Below, piece by piece: positions 27,670-32,000 of a stretch of DNA of 32,000 bases. The translations under genes were made by a program, and so were the position numbers. Each line of letters opens with the position of its first letter. The stretch's first letter is position 1. The notes beneath the pieces were generated by a model, which searched no databases, was not told where the DNA came from, and saw only the letters and a program-made list of their open reading frames with translations. Source of the stretch: Caedibacter taeniospiralis (lineage in GTDB: Bacteria > Pseudomonadota > Gammaproteobacteria > Francisellales > Francisellaceae); contig NZ_PGGB02000015.1 of assembly GCF_002803295.2 (NCBI RefSeq), forward strand, positions 1,528 to 33,527. Reading direction: 5' to 3'.

Positions 27670-28423
27670 AAGGCGGATCCTCTTGTTGCAGCTTTATGAT
27701 CTCTACGATGAGCTCTTCATGGGTTAAATTCGCTAGATTGTATAATCTAACAAAACCCTCGCGTTTCGCCCAGTCTAACATTCGGCTATTTGTAACGGTA
27801 GCAATGCACAACTTACGCCACAGTGGGTATTCTTCAAACACCCCCATGCTTGCCTTAAGCGCTTCAAAACTGGTGTAAAGCAGAATTTTTGGTGTGTTTT
27901 CTTGCCAATTGATACGTAGTAATGGCTCAAGGATAAGTGCTTTAGCGCGACAAACGCGACGATAGCAATCAATAATGTTGAGCTTATGCGCTTTTTCATT
28001 GAGCACCTCTCTTAGCAGCTCACGTCCTGATTCACCCTTCACCAACAAAAAACTTCTATTACTAAGACTTCTCATATCTTGTTGTTGTAGTTCAGCCAGT
28101 AAGTGTTCAGAGTCAGCCTTTATGGGGGACAACGCATGAATGCCGAAGTTAAGCAATGCTTTTGCAGTTCCACGCCCGATTGCCCATACATTCCTATGAG
28201 CTAATTGATGCGCATCTATAGCTTGACAAAAAAATGCGCTAACGGCAAACGTACTGGTAAAAATAATATCATCAAAGCCTGTGATATCAGGCATATCAAA
28301 ATCCAGGGAGATCACTTCAAAAGGCACAACCGCGATGGCAGAAATACCGTGCTTAGCTAAGCCATTAACCAACACCGAGGCTTTAGGTTCAGGTCGAAAA
28401 ACAATGACCTCAGGCACTGACAT
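27650..28423 (-). CDS. hemD: uroporphyrinogen-III synthase
   Basis: VIVFRPEPKASVLVNGLAKHGISAIAVVPFEV, DDIIFTSTFAVSAFF, VWAIGRGTAKAL; synteny with hemX-hemY. Track ORF starts at 28477; the ATG before SVPEVIVF (28423) is preferred. Confidence 0.85.
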   Translation of the reverse strand: MSVPEVIVFRPEPKASVLVNGLAKHGISAIAVVPFEVISLDFDMPDITGFDDIIFTSTFAVSAFFCQAIDAHQLAHRNVWAIGRGTAKALLNFGIHALSPIKADSEHLLAELQQQDMRSLSNRSFLLVKGESGRELLREVLNEKAHKLNIIDCYRRVCRAKALILEPLLRINWQENTPKILLYTSFEALKASMGVFEEYPLWRKLCIATVTNSRMLDWAKREGFVRLYNLANLTHEELIVEIIKLQQEDPPYVRENK

Positions 28424-28844
28424 CGACATACTTTTGTGCCGTGGTGTAAATGTAGTTAAGCATTGCATGTAAGCCATTGTTTCTTGTTGCGCTTAAATGT
28501 TTTGCCAAACCAATCTCAGTCATAAAATCAGTATTTGACTCTGTAATTTCTTTAGCTGTCGCATCACTATAAACCTTAAGCAACAAACCAATTAACCCAG
28601 AAACAATAGCCGCATCGCTAACTCCACAAAAACTTAACCTGCCATCGCTTAAAGTTGCATCAAACCAGACTTGAGACTGACATCCTTTGACCATGTGTGC
28701 TGCATCTTTTTTGCTCTTAGGAAATGGAGCCAAGCTCTTACCCAAACTAATCAAATAAGCATACTTATCACTCCAGTCATCAAAAAAGTTAAAATCCTTA
28801 ACAATAGCTTCCTGTCGGTCTTTTATCGCCATACCCTCACTCAT
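28410..28844 (-). CDS. sufE: SufE-family Fe-S metabolism protein
   Basis: FFDDWSDKYAYLISLGKSLAPFPKSKKDAAHMVKGCQSQVWFDA (active-site Cys context) and ISGLIGLLLKVYSDATAKEI. Confidence 0.9.
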   Translation of the reverse strand: MSEGMAIKDRQEAIVKDFNFFDDWSDKYAYLISLGKSLAPFPKSKKDAAHMVKGCQSQVWFDATLSDGRLSFCGVSDAAIVSGLIGLLLKVYSDATAKEITESNTDFMTEIGLAKHLSATRNNGLHAMLNYIYTTAQKYVDVSA

Positions 28845-29380
28845 TAATACTCTTTAATTTTTTTCTCTAATAGTGCAACAAATACCAAAATCAATGCGGA
28901 GATGAGAAAAGTCAGATGTAAGACAACATACCACAAGAGCTCACGGTTAGATAACTGCGGAATATCTAAAAACTGCTTAAGTAACGAGATCGACGAAATA
29001 GCAACAATTGAACCTGCAATCTTCAGCTTGACTCCCGTGTGAGACAGGCGTTTGATCCAAATTGGTTCACCTGATTTGTGCTCCACATCTATTTTAGAAA
29101 CAAAGTTCTCATAGCCGCTGATAATAACGATCACAATTAAATTGGCAACAAGCACGGTATCGCAAAGTGTGAGTCCCAAAACAATCAGCTCATGTGGTTT
29201 AAGAACCATGAGGCTTGCAAATAAATGCAAAACCTCATTTGCCATCTGATAAACAAAAGCAAGCAACACCAGCACCAAAATAATATAAATAGGTGCCTGA
29301 ATCCAGCGACTGGCGAAAACAATTCGTTCAAGCAAGACCTCAATGTAGCTCAGCGCGCTACTCTCTTTTTTGTTAGACAT
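28844..29380 (-). CDS. UPF0114 (YqhA-family) membrane protein
   Basis: ERIVFASRWIQAPIYIILVLVLLAFVYQ, LTLCDTVLVANLIVIVIISGYENFVSKI, WIKRLSHTGVKLKIAGSIVAISSISLLKQFL. Confidence 0.9.
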   Translation of the reverse strand: MSNKKESSALSYIEVLLERIVFASRWIQAPIYIILVLVLLAFVYQMANEVLHLFASLMVLKPHELIVLGLTLCDTVLVANLIVIVIISGYENFVSKIDVEHKSGEPIWIKRLSHTGVKLKIAGSIVAISSISLLKQFLDIPQLSNRELLWYVVLHLTFLISALILVFVALLEKKIKEY

Positions 29381-29394
29381 TTTATTTAGCTACC

Positions 29395-30783
29395 CTAGAT
29401 TACGCTACTACTCTGCGTTGAAGCTGTTTCTGGCGTAAGCCACTTATTAATAGCATCAATGTCCTTATACACTAAAGCTCCCGCCGTATTTTTGAGCCCC
29501 AACAAATCATTAATGTAGGCATATTTTGCTTTTGCATATTGTTGTTGCGCCTGGAAAAGCTGCTGCTGTTGTTGTAGTAGATCAACAATCGTATGCGTTC
29601 CAACTTCATAGCCAGCTTTCATCGCTTGAACCGATGCTTCTGCCGCAATCACTGCCTGTTTATATGCTTCCACCTGAGCAATATCAGATAACACCGTTAG
29701 ATACGCCGTTTTTAATTGACTTTCTGTTGTACGTTCTGCCTCCAGTAATGTGTACTTGGAAGCCTCCGCAGTATATTGCTGCTGTTTTAATGAAGCATAA
29801 TCACTGCCTCCATTGACTAAATTCCAGCTCACTCCCACACCCGCAGAAGCACTGGTGCTGCCTGAGGTGTAATTGGTATTTTGATAATTTAGACCTCTTG
29901 ATGCTGTTGCTGTTAGTGTTGCAGCAGGCAGGAAGTTACCCCATAAACCACTGACCCCTGCTTTCGCTGCATCGACCAGGAATTGATTTTGGATAATCGT
30001 ATTATTTTGCTTTAAAGCGATCTCCATCCACTTGTCCATATTATCTGGATCAGGTTTATCAAACGGAAACTTATCACTTAAATTTTCAATCGAGGTCACT
30101 GGCTGCCCAACAATTTGACTAAGTCTGGCATACGAAGTTGCCAAATCATTTTTAGCTTGAACGGTTGCAGCTACTGCCTTTTCATAGTCCGCTTTAATTG
30201 CCTGCACATCAGTGATCGCTGAAAGACCAACTTTGTATTTCTCTTGCGTTTGACTCAATAACTCCTTATTCCAGGATTGATTAGCTTCAGCATAAGCTAA
30301 ATTATCCTGTGCCTGTAAAACTGCGAAATAGGCACTTGCCACATCTGTAATCAAACTCGCCTGAGCAATAACAAAAGTAATCGCATCAGTCTTTGCCTGG
30401 AAACTAGCGTAGTTATACCCACCCCATGCGCCCCAGTTAAACAGCGCCTGTGTAGCGGTAACGCTCGGTGTTTGCGTGAAATACTTTGATTTTTTCCCAG
30501 TTGATTCATCCACTGTTGAACTATAGCTTTCTTGTGCACTATAGCTTGCGGTAATATTCGGCAAAAGCTTACCCAAAGCTGCAGGCACATTTTGCTGTGT
30601 TGAATTAAATGTCGCCTCTGCTGCCATGTATTGCGCATTCTGCTTTTGAGCCAACTGGTAAATCTGTGATAAGTTCTGTGCTTGTATTGCTGCTTGTTCC
30701 GTTTTTGTATTAGATACAATGGGTTCTGCAACAGCATACCCCGCAAACAATAGCCCACTTATTACCAACGTAATTTTTTTCAT
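29395..30783 (-). CDS. tolC: TolC-family outer membrane efflux protein
   Basis: NITASYSAQESY, ASLITDVASAYFAVLQAQDNLAYAEANQ, and GLSAITDVQAIKADYEKA. Start at MKKITLVISGLLFAGYAVA (30783) gives a signal peptide. Confidence 0.92.
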   Translation of the reverse strand: MKKITLVISGLLFAGYAVAEPIVSNTKTEQAAIQAQNLSQIYQLAQKQNAQYMAAEATFNSTQQNVPAALGKLLPNITASYSAQESYSSTVDESTGKKSKYFTQTPSVTATQALFNWGAWGGYNYASFQAKTDAITFVIAQASLITDVASAYFAVLQAQDNLAYAEANQSWNKELLSQTQEKYKVGLSAITDVQAIKADYEKAVAATVQAKNDLATSYARLSQIVGQPVTSIENLSDKFPFDKPDPDNMDKWMEIALKQNNTIIQNQFLVDAAKAGVSGLWGNFLPAATLTATASRGLNYQNTNYTSGSTSASAGVGVSWNLVNGGSDYASLKQQQYTAEASKYTLLEAERTTESQLKTAYLTVLSDIAQVEAYKQAVIAAEASVQAMKAGYEVGTHTIVDLLQQQQQLFQAQQQYAKAKYAYINDLLGLKNTAGALVYKDIDAINKWLTPETASTQSSSVI

Positions 30784-30821
30784 CTGTTCGTCCAACCTTT
30801 TTATCATCATTTCTTCATTCC

Positions 30822-31487
30822 TCAAAAGCAGAATACTTTATTCTGCGTTTTTTCATCCACCAATGTGTAAACATCGAAAGCTGATATGTGCTGATAAGAA
30901 TTATTCATATTCCTTTGCACCAAAATCGCTTTAGCATAATTTTCTTTCCCAAGAAAGTACAACATTCTACCGTTGATTGCCAAATATTTTAGGCACTCTG
31001 TTGGCTCTGCCTTTTGCAACTCTCTGACAACAATTAAATCAAATGTGTTTTGTTGTACTATGTCATTGAGAACTTCCTCACTATTTTGAGAGCTTAAGTG
31101 ATACTTGACATTATACACCCCGATTGTTTTCAACACATTTCTGACGTGATTTAGCACATCCTCATATCGATCAACCACATCCACAAGCTTAGTTAATTTA
31201 GCTAAGAGCGCAGTTAAGTAGCCGCAACCACAGCCTAATACCAGCCCTTTTTCGTGCCTTTTTGGCTGAAGAAACTGAAGCACCTTGGCAACGGTTTGCG
31301 GGGTTAGCTCACCTTGCCCATGATTTAAAGGAATCGCCACTTCGGAATATGCCACTTCACGAAAATTACTCGGAACGAAAATTTCGCGAGGGGTGTCAGC
31401 GATAACACTCAACAAATCACCATAAGGAATGCCCAATATCCGAATTTGTTGTCTGATCATATTTTCTTTCGCAAGTTCTGTACCCAT
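30822..31487 (-). CDS. protein-L-isoaspartate O-methyltransferase-like SAM-dependent methyltransferase
   Basis: MIRQQIRILGI, REIFVPSNFREVAYSEVAIPLNHGQ, VLGCGCGYLTALLAKL (SAM motif I position), adjacent to tolC. Confidence 0.85.
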   Translation of the reverse strand: MGTELAKENMIRQQIRILGIPYGDLLSVIADTPREIFVPSNFREVAYSEVAIPLNHGQGELTPQTVAKVLQFLQPKRHEKGLVLGCGCGYLTALLAKLTKLVDVVDRYEDVLNHVRNVLKTIGVYNVKYHLSSQNSEEVLNDIVQQNTFDLIVVRELQKAEPTECLKYLAINGRMLYFLGKENYAKAILVQRNMNNSYQHISAFDVYTLVDEKTQNKVFCF

Positions 31488-32000
31488 TTTTTATCACCTT
31501 TTAGAACAACAGCGTACTTTTAAACCTCACAAAAACCGCCTGCTGACACATAAGTTTACTGCCTGCTATTCTAAACGCATCATTCAAGATATTCAAACAT
31601 TGTTAGCTGATCGGGTGCGATTATCATGTCCTTATTTTTCAACATCAGTGATTGACCCTGCACATCCTGATCCCACCATTTTTTAACGTGAGGAGTCTCT
31701 ATACCGCTCGTATAATGATTTACGATGGGTATACATCAAGTTCTTTTGTTCAGTTACAAGCGAGTTTAAAAACTTTTCTGCATTGTCTGTCGATATGTAG
31801 TTTGTATTTTGCTTTCATGTTTTTAACTTTAATCCTTGTAGTTCTTTGTTACACCACCTTAACGGAAAAGAAAAGAATTTGCTGATTGGTTGCTTATCTT
31901 TACTAGATTTCAGGGCTGTTTTTCTTTACTATTTCACTCAACTGTGATGGGTGCGCTTCAATGCGTAGCAGTGGTAGTATTTTTGGGATAAGCATGTTGC

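Noticed and set aside
5249-31731. 13-nt match TTTACGATGGGTA at 5249..5261 and 31719..31731
   Set aside because: Flanks diverge quickly; too short to separate from chance without a genome-wide count.
1-32000. CRISPR array, toxin-antitoxin, retron, BGC or defence island
   Set aside because: No regularly spaced direct repeats, no reverse transcriptase, Cas-like, restriction or toxin-like proteins recognised. The only nuclease-like accessory gene is the decayed AAA/PD-(D/E)XK pseudogene.
1-32000. tRNA genes
   Set aside because: I saw no TTCGANNC-type T-arm with a matching acceptor stem in intergenic gaps. I could not run tRNAscan-SE, so this is a visual negative only.

Overview
32 kb window from what looks like a gammaproteobacterial chromosome (relatedness inferred from gene content only), almost entirely housekeeping. 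Supported content: rhlE; a riboflavin operon (ribD-ribE-ribBA-ribH) on the - strand behind an FMN riboswitch; a decayed AAA-ATPase/PD-(D/E)XK gene; relA; RNase P RNA (rnpB) directly 3' of a KfrA-N-like gene; an aromatic amino-acid permease; tsaD-lapA; rne; a TPR/Sel1-like gene; ffh; a Cys/Met-metabolism PLP enzyme; tex; yhbY-hemB; and a nearly gapless nine-gene - strand run (pcm-like, tolC, UPF0114, sufE, hemD, hemX, hemY, glyoxalase-II-like, mazG). I found no CRISPR array, prophage, intact transposase, defence island or obviously new multigene system. The best second-look items are: an FMN-riboswitch expression platform readable in the sequence; an rnpB promoter whose -10 box contains the stop codon of a KfrA-like gene; an enlarged P3 domain in RNase P RNA; a dispersed REP/BIME-like repeat at gene 3' ends; two related palindromes; and a pseudogene with a readable internal-deletion junction.
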